NCBI GenBank assembly: GCA_048938385.1
Contig: JBHLMG010000001.1
Span: 32,001-96,000 of the forward strand
Direction of reading: 5' to 3'
DNA from: Promethearchaeota archaeon
Lineage (GTDB): Archaea > Asgardarchaeota > Hermodarchaeia > Hermodarchaeales > Hermodarchaeaceae
Length of the DNA: 64,000 nt
In this document: piece after piece, positions 1 to 8,763 of the stretch
How the letters are laid out: each line of letters begins with the position of its first letter
Numbering within the stretch: position 1 is the first letter of the stretch
The notes under the pieces: generated by a model
The model's database searches: none
What the model was told of the DNA's origin: nothing
Seen by the model: only the letters and a program-made list of their open reading frames with translations
Position numbers and translations under genes: made by a program

Positions 1-775
1 CGGTTTGATTAGCTGCAAAAATGGCTTGATTCCAATTTTCAGCATAGAAGATGCGGTTAAGTGCTTCGTCAAGATCGATTATCCGATCTCGTCCTTTCAG
101 AAATTCAGATACTGACGCATCAGTTATGGATTTCTCTGTTTTGCTCACACTTTGTAAGTCGTTTATAGCGGCTCGAAGATCGCCACGGGATTGGGTAGCA
201 ATAGTCTGTAGGGCTGATTCATCGAAGGAAAGCTTCTCTTTTCTGCAAATTCGTTCTAGTAATTTTGTCGTTTCTGAGATTGTGGGTGGTTGGAACTCAA
301 AGTGTATACACAATTGTAACAATGAGCGTATTTTCGAGTCAGAGGTGTCGGTAGTTACTAAAATCATGGGAACGCGGGTTATTGGAATGTAATCTTTTAG
401 GGCTGAAGCTGCGCCTCGGTCAGAACGCCCGCTAAGTCCTGCCAATTCGTCAACTAAAACTAGTCTCCCCTTTGTTTGTGTGAGAGTTGTCATCATGGTC
501 GCGTTTTTTAATAATTCGTTCATCATTTTCTTGCTGCGTTTCACCGTAGCGTTAATCTCGCTTACTTCAAAACCGAGTTCTCGAGCGATAGTATAAACTG
601 CAATGGTTTTACCCACACCAGGAGGACCATAGAGAAGGAGTGCTCGTCGGGTTCGAGATGCGCTTTTCGGCCAATTAGATAGCCAATCTGTAATCTGTTG
701 AATAACGGAGTCGTTACCTATGAGATCCTGTATCTTTTGAGGTGCGTATTTTTCTACCCAAGGTTGGTCTTTCAT
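1..775 (-). CDS. rfcL: Replication factor C large subunit (partial, runs off the left edge)
   Basis: Manual translation from ATG at 775: MKDQPWVEKYAP...LLLYGPPGVGKT...EINAT...LVDE...GDLRAAINDLQ. ATGA overlap with the rfcS stop. Absent from the ORF track because it has no stop in the window. Confidence 0.93.
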   Translation of the reverse strand, partial: MKDQPWVEKYAPQKIQDLIGNDSVIQQITDWLSNWPKSASRTRRALLLYGPPGVGKTIAVYTIARELGFEVSEINATVKRSKKMMNELLKNATMMTTLTQTKGRLVLVDELAGLSGRSDRGAASALKDYIPITRVPMILVTTDTSDSKIRSLLQLCIHFEFQPPTISETTKLLERICRKEKLSFDESALQTIATQSRGDLRAAINDLQSVSKTEKSITDASVSEFLKGRDRIIDLDEALNRIFYAENWNQAIFAANQT

Positions 776-1746
776 TGTGATTTTTCACTCATTGTTCCTA
801 ATAAGGAAAAATTAGCTAAAATGTAACTTAGCTGAATTTCTGGGTCTGCCCCCTCGGTGAGCCGGAATTCAGCTTCTCCAACTAGACCAACCAATCGCAC
901 CTTTACCTCCTCAGCTATCCCCAGTCTTAGGACCTCGCGATGAATTTGTCGAATGATATCAGTTCCTGAAAGACCTTGCCAGACCAGGAGATTCCTGAGT
1001 TTATTTTGGGCTTCAAGGAAATTTCCATTCAAAGCTAAGTTGATTAGTTGACTAATATCTTCAGGTCGGGCTTTACCAGTTGTGTCGTATACTGAATCAG
1101 CATCAACTTCTCTTTTCTTTACTGCTGAAGCCTGTAAGACGTTAATTGCTCGGCGCAAGTCCCCCCCTGAAACATAGAGAATAGCTTCCATACCCTCATC
1201 GGTCACCTTGACTTTCTCTTTTTTAGCGATATTAGTTACCATTTCCTTGATGTCTTTTTCATCTAATCTAGGAAATCGAAAAATTGCACAACGTGATTGT
1301 ATGGGTTCAATAATCCGGCTTGAATAGTTACAAATCAAACAGAACCGACATGTGGTAACGAATCGCTCCATGGTTCGACGAAGGGCATGCTGTGCATCAC
1401 GAGTGAGACTATCGGCTTCATCTAACGAGATTATTTTGTAAGGAAATTCACCTAAGGGGCGTGTTCGTGCAAAGGTCTTCACACGATTCCGTATTACATC
1501 GATCCCCCGGTCATCACTGGCGTTGAGCTCTAAAAAGTTTCCAGAGAATTGTGGTCCAAATAGTTCATGGGCAAAAGCAAGAATGGCAGTCGTTTTTCCT
1601 GTTCCTGCGGGTCCTGAAAATAACAGGTGTGGAAGATCTCGTTCAATGAGGAATTGCTTTAGTCGTTCGGTTATCGGCTCTTGACCGATTATCTCCTCAA
1701 GTTTCTTTGGTCGATATTTCTCTGTCCACATCCAATGTTCTGACAA
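772..1746 (-). CDS. rfcS: Replication factor C small subunit
   Basis: WTEKYRP, GPAGTGKT, LELNASDDRG, DEAD, SRC motifs; no intein. Confidence 0.97.
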   Translation of the reverse strand: MSEHWMWTEKYRPKKLEEIIGQEPITERLKQFLIERDLPHLLFSGPAGTGKTTAILAFAHELFGPQFSGNFLELNASDDRGIDVIRNRVKTFARTRPLGEFPYKIISLDEADSLTRDAQHALRRTMERFVTTCRFCLICNYSSRIIEPIQSRCAIFRFPRLDEKDIKEMVTNIAKKEKVKVTDEGMEAILYVSGGDLRRAINVLQASAVKKREVDADSVYDTTGKARPEDISQLINLALNGNFLEAQNKLRNLLVWQGLSGTDIIRQIHREVLRLGIAEEVKVRLVGLVGEAEFRLTEGADPEIQLSYILANFSLLGTMSEKSQ

Positions 1747-1819
1747 TTAGAAGACCTCCTGCTGATTGGGGGTTGCTTTGCGATTAAGGTTTCGTCTCCA
1801 CTAAGAATGTGTGTAGTGC

Positions 1820-2938
1820 TCAGTGGGCTACGATTCGGTTTGTTGACCGTTTCATTCGCCAGCTAATAAGTGTAGTAGTGACTGTTATACAACTTAGCGT
1901 AATGATCCCAATTTGCTGGAGTAGTAGAGCTAGACCAAGTGGTGGAGTTAGGTCTATAGTGTGTGAAAATGGATTAATTAAGGAATTGGGGAGAATTCCA
2001 ATTATTTCTTCGGCACAAGAGTATCCAATACTACCATTGTAGCGTAAAATGATAAACTGGTTCTCATAAAGTTGGTCAAGCAAGTTTATCAAATTGATAA
2101 AAAAGGATCCATCTGGTTCGGTTCGTACCAATCCCATGGCTACCCTTGATTCTTGAAGAATTTCGATGGAGGCATTGGCAATTCCCTCACCCGAGGTATG
2201 ACACAATCGGCCTTGGATTTCAAAACCGCGGTCTCTTTGCCAGAACGCAGGAAGCCCAACGAAGTATGTAGATGAGTTATGAATTACAAAGGGTATCGTA
2301 TTTGCTGTACCATTGTAATACCCATAGCCTAGACTCTGAATTGTGAAAACTATCGGGGCGGTGTCATTAACATTTACTGTGTAATTGAATGTGAGAGATC
2401 CGTTCATAGGAGTTACTGCTTGATTGAGAAGCTGATTAGGTTCCTTTAGTAGCTGGACAGTGATGTTCGCCATTGGAAACATATGATCGTCTTGGATGAG
2501 AACATGAAAGAATAGCTGCTGTCCAATGTTCACCTTCGAACCTACAGGCTGGCCATTTGCGTCCTTGACACTAATGGTTGTGTGTATCTGGGCGTAGATC
2601 GTGATTGGAATTGGTACCATGCTTGGTAGCAGAAATCGTTCAGGGTCACCACGGAAGGTTGCATTGAGTTGAGCTATCCCAAGTGGATGTGTTAGCGGGA
2701 TTAACCAGATAAAAGTCGCATGTCCTGTTATATTCGTCAGGGCAGTTCCGAGTAGCGTGTTTTGTTGTTCATGGAAAAAGTGAACGGTAGCGTTATCAAT
2801 TGGGTTACCGCTCAGGTCGCGGAGTTGAACGGTTAGAGTTAGATCGGTGCCTCTGAAGGTGCTAATGGCAGGGGAAGGTAGAGGAACAGATGGGCTAATG
2901 ACCATCGAGAAGAGTAAAATCACTAAGAGTACACGCAT
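1820..2938 (-). CDS. Secreted, membrane-anchored surface protein with Ig-like beta repeats
   Basis: N-terminal signal peptide, repeated 'G.PI.NA.V.F' beta motifs, many N-x-S/T sequons, C-terminal TM followed by a basic tail. Confidence 0.6.
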   Translation of the reverse strand: MRVLLVILLFSMVISPSVPLPSPAISTFRGTDLTLTVQLRDLSGNPIDNATVHFFHEQQNTLLGTALTNITGHATFIWLIPLTHPLGIAQLNATFRGDPERFLLPSMVPIPITIYAQIHTTISVKDANGQPVGSKVNIGQQLFFHVLIQDDHMFPMANITVQLLKEPNQLLNQAVTPMNGSLTFNYTVNVNDTAPIVFTIQSLGYGYYNGTANTIPFVIHNSSTYFVGLPAFWQRDRGFEIQGRLCHTSGEGIANASIEILQESRVAMGLVRTEPDGSFFINLINLLDQLYENQFIILRYNGSIGYSCAEEIIGILPNSLINPFSHTIDLTPPLGLALLLQQIGIITLSCITVTTTLISWRMKRSTNRIVAH

Positions 2939-2940
2939 GT

Positions 2941-4452
2941 CTAAAACCCCTCGTTGCTGCGCTGCTCTTGCCAGGACTCCTTCGTCTTGACATCAAAGGC
3001 AGTGAACCCTTCTTCTTGGACAATCGTTGGTTCGTGCCATGTCCAACAGCTTCGCTCAAAATCAAAAGTGTCAAACGATAATGGCCAACCACCAATTTCA
3101 GGACCTGCAAGAGAGATGTCAGCTTGAGTGTGAAGGTATTTGGCAAGGTAGTACCGCATCAAGGCATACGAACCTGCCGGTAAGGTTGCATAAAGCAGTA
3201 TTTCCTTACGACCACTATGATAGTCAGTAAGCTGCCGGGTCCACGCTTGAGGTAGTTCGTCGATAATTCCTACGAGTCGTGCATCGTGTTCACTTATCCT
3301 AATGAAAACATCCTCAATGAGTCCTACTCGTCTGAGCATGGGGTGTAACTGAATGACGCCCAATTCAATTAACTTGCTTTTTCGGCGACTAGCCTGTGCA
3401 ACACTAATTCGAGCGCTTTTCGCTAGCTTCTCTAGCTTAACACGGGCGTCCGACATCAAAATAGGGATAATCTGTTTGTCTTTCTGATCTGGAATATAAA
3501 GGCGAGAAGGTTGCTTTGGTTCCTCTCTCTTCGCGAAGGAACCAGAACTTGTGCGTCCCGTGTGGAAAAGATGGGCACCTAGGAAGAGCTTTCTCCAATC
3601 GATGTTCCATCTTCCGGGTTTTACTTTATAATGGGTAAATCCTACAGTTTTACCCAGGTCTTTCGCTAGGTAAAGCGTGTGTGCAGTGCCCAAACGCGTC
3701 TTGAGCGTCTTTGAACACGATCCGAGATGATCTTCAGGAACCACCATGAAATATAAGGTACTTCTTGAATTGCCAGAGAGTTCAATACGGGAAAGGAGGT
3801 ATGGGCTTCTAATTGAGCTTTTCGTGTCATAAAATTCAACAAAGACTGGAACTAAACCCAAACTTGGGTAGTGTACCTTCGCTATGATTTTACAGATGTT
3901 TAATCTCTGTAACCGTTTCCAACGGCGGCGGATCTTCTTCTCACCGACACGAAGCAGTCGCGAAACTTCAGGAATGGTCATTGTTGGCATTTGGCTCAGA
4001 GTCTGAATTATGCCAATATCAAGTGCTGTTAACCTGAAACTGGAAAATTTACACAGTTCAGTTGCCAGGATCCAAAACTGCTCCACAGTAAGGGGCGTTG
4101 TAGTGCACTGTGCGACTGATTGAAGCAATGGAACTATGCGTTCAAGAAATCGTCCGTCCAGTTTTCCATCCCAATCAAGGAAATCAGGCAATCCCCTATA
4201 GCCACCGGGTCCAAACGCGAAAGGAACCTTAAACTCAGTGAAAGAGGTGTCAAGGCAGCTTCGGAGCCAATCCAGTCTTCCTGCTAATTTGTTCTGAAAG
4301 AATTCGAGAAAATCGGCTCTTATCACTTGGGGCAAGATGGGGGGTAACCAGTGGTCTAGAATCCTGTCGGGGGTGGAAATGGCCGAATCGGGGATGTCTT
4401 GCCATGGTTTGCACTTAAGATGTTTGAAAGCCAAGTCTAGGTTGAGTCGCAT
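2941..4452 (-). CDS. Large Lrp/AsnC-like protein with two winged-HTH modules
   Basis: Two HTH segments (LDIGIIQTL..MTIPEVSRLL..IRRRWKRL and DKQIIPILMSDARVKLEKLAKSARIS..SRRKSKL), each followed by an effector-like domain. Confidence 0.6.
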   Translation of the reverse strand: MRLNLDLAFKHLKCKPWQDIPDSAISTPDRILDHWLPPILPQVIRADFLEFFQNKLAGRLDWLRSCLDTSFTEFKVPFAFGPGGYRGLPDFLDWDGKLDGRFLERIVPLLQSVAQCTTTPLTVEQFWILATELCKFSSFRLTALDIGIIQTLSQMPTMTIPEVSRLLRVGEKKIRRRWKRLQRLNICKIIAKVHYPSLGLVPVFVEFYDTKSSIRSPYLLSRIELSGNSRSTLYFMVVPEDHLGSCSKTLKTRLGTAHTLYLAKDLGKTVGFTHYKVKPGRWNIDWRKLFLGAHLFHTGRTSSGSFAKREEPKQPSRLYIPDQKDKQIIPILMSDARVKLEKLAKSARISVAQASRRKSKLIELGVIQLHPMLRRVGLIEDVFIRISEHDARLVGIIDELPQAWTRQLTDYHSGRKEILLYATLPAGSYALMRYYLAKYLHTQADISLAGPEIGGWPLSFDTFDFERSCWTWHEPTIVQEEGFTAFDVKTKESWQEQRSNEGF

Positions 4453-4520
4453 AAGTCCACATCAAAGGATTGCAGGCTTTGGTTCAAAAACCCCACAATA
4501 CCAAGTCTTGAGAAGTAGAA

Positions 4521-5624
4521 TCAGCTTACAGACCGAAATTCCAAATCCAGCTTCTTTGCATGAGCGTATGCTTGATTCATTTCTTGAGAGGTAACTCGAC
4601 GAGAAATGTCTTGGTATTTTTTAGGATTTTTAAGGACTTGCCATAAGGGGCGGTATTGTTGCATGATGTTTACGAGTGCTAAAGGCGTATTTTCTGCTAT
4701 CCAGTCAAGAATTGGTAATACACAGCATTCGAGGTGGTTCGGTAGTACTAAAACGCGAATGATCATCTCCGTGGTGCTCTTGTCGTAGGCGGTTTTGATG
4801 TTTCGAGTTACCACGGATGTGTAGTTATTCACATTAGAAATTCTTGAAGCACATTCATCAGATAGGTACTTGAGATCGGGAAGCCAAAAATCGATGACAT
4901 CAATAAGTAGCTCCATTGCTTCGGGTGAGAGATACATGTTGGAATTCCAAAGCTGAGTTATATTGAACTGCTGCTTGCTCAATGACGAAAGGATGGTATG
5001 AAGGTGTGGAGTGGGATCTCCACCAACATAGTTAATGTTCTTGGCCCCTCGTGAAGCAAGTTCGTCTGCAATTTTTGCGAGTTGTTTTGGCGAAACAAGT
5101 TCTCCGTTTAATGGGTTACATGAAATATCGTAGTTTTGACAGTGTGCACAACGCAAATTACATCCACTGAAAAAGATAGTACCTGATGGGACAAGAGGGG
5201 GTTCTTCACCGGTGTGCAAAAACGCTGAAGAGACATAGCTTGAGTGGCTCACTTCACAGAAACCCAGATTCTTAGCCCGGTCTATATTGCATCGCCGGGC
5301 ACAAAAATGACATTCGTGAAGTATTCGATTTGCAAGAACTGCTTTCAGATCAAGAAATGATGTTGAGGCAAGCTTTTGAGAAGGATCCAGCGTTTTGTTT
5401 GTTAGCGCTTCTAATTGTTTCTTGAATTCTTCTCGAATACGCTGATGAGTGTTCCAGAGATTTGCAATTGTTTCTACCGGGTCAAAATCAACAGGCGTAT
5501 TGCGGGCGATAAGGTATTTGGCTGGAAGGCTGAGATCGATTATAGCCTTATATCTCTGGAAGCGTTGAGTTACCAAAGGGTTCGCCCAAACAGTTATCGC
5601 GTCGCTCCTAGCCAGTCGCCACAT
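4521..5624 (-). CDS. Radical SAM protein, PflX family
   Basis: CHFCARRC, GEEPPLVPSGTIFFSGCNLRCAHCQN, GGDPTP, NSNMY motifs. Confidence 0.88.
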   Translation of the reverse strand: MWRLARSDAITVWANPLVTQRFQRYKAIIDLSLPAKYLIARNTPVDFDPVETIANLWNTHQRIREEFKKQLEALTNKTLDPSQKLASTSFLDLKAVLANRILHECHFCARRCNIDRAKNLGFCEVSHSSYVSSAFLHTGEEPPLVPSGTIFFSGCNLRCAHCQNYDISCNPLNGELVSPKQLAKIADELASRGAKNINYVGGDPTPHLHTILSSLSKQQFNITQLWNSNMYLSPEAMELLIDVIDFWLPDLKYLSDECASRISNVNNYTSVVTRNIKTAYDKSTTEMIIRVLVLPNHLECCVLPILDWIAENTPLALVNIMQQYRPLWQVLKNPKKYQDISRRVTSQEMNQAYAHAKKLDLEFRSVS

Positions 5625-5706
5625 ACCAGTTCCACTAGTATGTAACAGCGCTAGTGAGCGTTATTAATTCCCCCGTTCTTTTCAAATTCCATAAGATGAG
5701 GAGTTT

Positions 5707-6003
5707 TTGTATCCCCTCAAAAAAAGCATTGTAGGGTGTATAAATCTGTTAATGCTTCAAGGATTGCAACTTCCTCTTCAAGGTCTTCTTGATCTGCTAA
5801 TCTACTATCTTAATACAGGCTGGGGAATAGTTATCCTAATTGGAACATTTGCTTCAGCGATTCTTATTGCTGTAGGATTCATTTATTGGTGTACTGGTCT
5901 TAATCCCAAAAAAGGGAGAAAAATGGTAATTGGTGGAGTCATATTGTTTGTTACTATGCAGTGGTTAGCTTTCAACACTCCTTGGCAGGTAATTCTTGGG
6001 TAA
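5707..6003 (+). CDS. Small two-TM membrane protein, possibly TrbC/VirB2 pilin-like (likely start ATG 5752)
   Basis: Two hydrophobic helices separated by a basic loop (NPKKGRK). Confidence 0.45.
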   Translation: MYPLKKSIVGCINLLMLQGLQLPLQGLLDLLIYYLNTGWGIVILIGTFASAILIAVGFIYWCTGLNPKKGRKMVIGGVILFVTMQWLAFNTPWQVILG

Positions 6004-6034
6004 ACTCACTTACAGGGCTTTTCGACTCTACACC

Positions 6035-6526
6035 TTACCTCGAAAAAGCTAAGCTTACCGCTTCTTTTGATGTTTGTGCGATATGAAGGTCTGAATGGGG
6101 AAATAATCCACGGTGTTGAATTATCATATCTGTGACACCCCCTGTGCCTTTAAGTAAAATCAACCGCTTTTGTACAGCGATAGCAAAACCAATTTCACTT
6201 AAAGTTCCACCAGATCCTGCAATACTGATGATCGCATCACTTGAGATGATATTAAGGTAATTTCGGGCATAGCCAATTCCCGTAGCAATAGCAAAGTCAA
6301 CATAGCGGTTGGCTACGCTGGCATCGCTTTCAGGGAGAATTCCAATAGTAATTCCTTTTTCGCTTTTTGCACCCTTAGACGCTGCTTCCATTACCCCGTC
6401 TTTACCACCAGTAATTAGAACGGCTTTCTTCTTTGCTATTTCCTGTCCAACGCTTTCTGCAATCTGGAAGATCTTAGGTGAGATATTTCCGCTGCTCCCA
6501 ATTACCGCAATCCGCTGCATCATCAT
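6035..6526 (-). CDS. LOG/SLOG family nucleotide-binding protein (TIGR00725-like)
   Basis: IAVIG, TGG..GVMEA, GIG.ARN, GGTLSEI motifs. Confidence 0.88.
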   Translation of the reverse strand: MMMQRIAVIGSSGNISPKIFQIAESVGQEIAKKKAVLITGGKDGVMEAASKGAKSEKGITIGILPESDASVANRYVDFAIATGIGYARNYLNIISSDAIISIAGSGGTLSEIGFAIAVQKRLILLKGTGGVTDMIIQHRGLFPHSDLHIAQTSKEAVSLAFSR

Positions 6527-6531
6527 CCCTT

Positions 6532-8635
6532 CTAAATTAATCCTCTTCGTTTTCGAATGTTAGAGCTAACACTTTGAAGACGGGATTCTGGTAAAATCTG
6601 CCATCGCGCAAACCTCGTTTGCCAATTCGCTCTTCCTGAGGTTTTCGATCGCAGAATATCCGCTAAATCAAACGACTCGCTCACAGGTAGCAAACCATTG
6701 ATCGTTACAAATACCCCCTTGTAATCAACATTCTCAACTTGTCCTCTTTTTGATATTACTACTTGGGTAACATCTTTCAGGTATTCGCTAGAAACAATGA
6801 CCTGTACTTCATAAATTGGTTCAAGAAGCGTCATACCCGCTTTTTCAAAGGCGTTAAAGATAGCATCCTTTACCATCGACATTAATTCGACTCGTCCTCT
6901 TTCTGCTACATTCTCACTTAACGCTAAATCAAGAATTCGAACGGTAGTTAATCCTACAGGTTCAGAACAAAAAGGCCCTCTTTCGAGTGCCCAAATTACT
7001 CCTTCAATAATTGAGTGTTTTGCTGACTCGGTTGCTTCTACATTTGTTGTAACTACCAGTCTGTTTCCTCGTTGATCCTTGTACCACTCGGTTTCTGTGG
7101 TCTGTTGTTGATTGCTCGGGTCTATGGATATGCGTATGTTGTTTTTACCATTCGGACTAGATGTTGGCTTTAGGGCTGATATTTTGTTCAAAGGGATTTC
7201 ACGGTACAAGACAATTGGATCGGAAGCTAAGACATCAACTCCCATTTTTTGAATATCTTTTAGTGTAATCTCCAAGTGTAAAAGACCCAGACCGGATAGA
7301 AGGTTTTCACCTGTTTGTTCGTTAATTGAAAAAGTTAGGTTCGGGTCACCCTTTGTTGTCAGTTCAAGAATGGATAGTAAGCGGGGCAGTTCTCTTGCAT
7401 GTTTCGGTTCGATGGCAATAGTGACGACAGGTTCGGTGATGTAGGTTATTTGTTCAAATGGTACCATACCCTCTGGAGGGTGTTGTCCTGTTATCGTATC
7501 TCCGGCTTGAACTTTTTCGATACCAATAAGACCGCAAATATTTCCTGCAGTTAATTGGGGAATAACCACTTGTCGTGAACCCATGAAAAGGGTAACGCGT
7601 TGAATTTGGTGCAATTCGCTTTCGGGTAGAATTTTAATTTGAGACCCTTTCTTAACGGAACCAGAGAATATGCGTCCGATTGCTATTAACCCATGTTTAG
7701 ATTCAGTGACAATTTTAGTTACTTCGATGATGAGTGGACCATCAGCACGGCATTCTCGGAGGACTGCACTGGCTGGGGATTCTGGGGGTCCTTTCCAAAT
7801 GTGTTGGGTTCGATATGGTTGCGCCTGCTTTGGTGAGGGAAGGCAGTCAATTATCATAGCAAGAATAGGGATGTGAATAGGAAGAAGTTCACTAAGAGAC
7901 TCAAACTGTTTATTTTGGTAATGTGTAATAATGTCTTGAAACCGAATATTGAGCTGTTTCATCTGTGAAACAGTGAAAGCCCATTTGTGGAGAGCTGAGC
8001 CAAAGGTCACCGAAGTGGACTCGGCGGATACAGTCCACTTTAATGGTGGTTCGCTTCCTAAGGCAGTTACAATTAGTTGGTTTACATCACGAATTATTTG
8101 TGTAAATTTTTCTTGAATTTGTGTCGCTGATAGTTTCAATTCGTTGATGAGTCGATCAATTTTGTTAATGAATAAAACTGGTTTTACACGCTCTTTAATA
8201 GCTAATCGAATCACGCTTTCTGTTTGAGCCATGACTCCTTCTACTGCGTCCACCACAACAATAGCTCCATCGATCGCGCGCATAGCTCGCGTAACTTTTC
8301 CACTAAAATCAACATGACCCGGAGTATCTACTAAGTTGACCACATACCGTTTCCCTTGGAATTCATGGAGGAGTGAAATGTTGGCAGATTTAATCGTAAT
8401 TGGGGCGGTCGTAAATCTCTACAGAACCGTTTCCCCTCCGCTGTTCCTCTTCAAGGTAATCTAATGCTCTTGCTTGTCCAACGAGGTTGGATGAAAGCAT
8501 TCCCGCATTAGCAAGGAGGGAGTCAGTGAGCGTCGTTTTGCCATGATCAATGTGTGCAATTATTCCAATGTTACGAATGAGGTCGGGAGTGGTCATTATT
8601 GCCTGTAATTCGTTAATTCGCTGATTCTGCGACAA
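6532..8635 (-). CDS. Elongation factor 2 paralog (aEF-2p-like), intron-containing: join(8635..8431, 8399..6532), 690 aa after splicing
   Basis: Exon 1 has NIGIIAHIDHGKTTLTD and EEEQRRG. Exon 2 has ITIKSANISL...DTPGHVDF...NKID and EF-2 domains through GRANWQTRF. The diphthamide loop reads SENVAERG instead of HEDAIHRG. 2104-31=2073 nt, i.e. 690 codons plus stop. Confidence 0.9.
8400..8430 (-). other. Putative 31-nt BHB pre-mRNA intron in the EF-2 paralog
   Basis: Minus strand reads CGGA-GGGG-AA^A-CGGT...ACCG-CCCC-AA^T-TACG: a 4-bp GGGG/CCCC helix between two 3-nt bulges. Cutting after bulge nt 2 gives CGG AGG GGA ATT ACG ATT (RRGITI). Confidence 0.88.
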
Positions 8636-8763
8636 GAGCGAATACTCTCCAACTAGGCTGCGTTTGTTAGGTTTATGGACGGGGTCTTAGTCTTGAACTA
8701 ATTATTGTTATTTCTGATGCTAAATAGTGTGTCGATGTGATTGGTTGTAATTCACAAGAAATG

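Noticed and set aside
51-392. ORF-track ORF on the + strand, and the many similar short antisense or overlapping ORFs (e.g. 12041..12637, 37095..37457, 61231..61656)
   Set aside because: They are shadows of well-supported genes on the opposite strand or another frame, with no recognisable motifs.
6532-8635. EF-2 paralog as a pseudogene, sequencing frameshift or programmed ribosomal frameshift
   Set aside because: The break is a clean 31-nt insert, not a 1-nt indel. It forms a BHB whose canonical cuts restore the conserved motif exactly, and both halves are otherwise intact. A frameshift would leave about 10 extra residues inside switch I.
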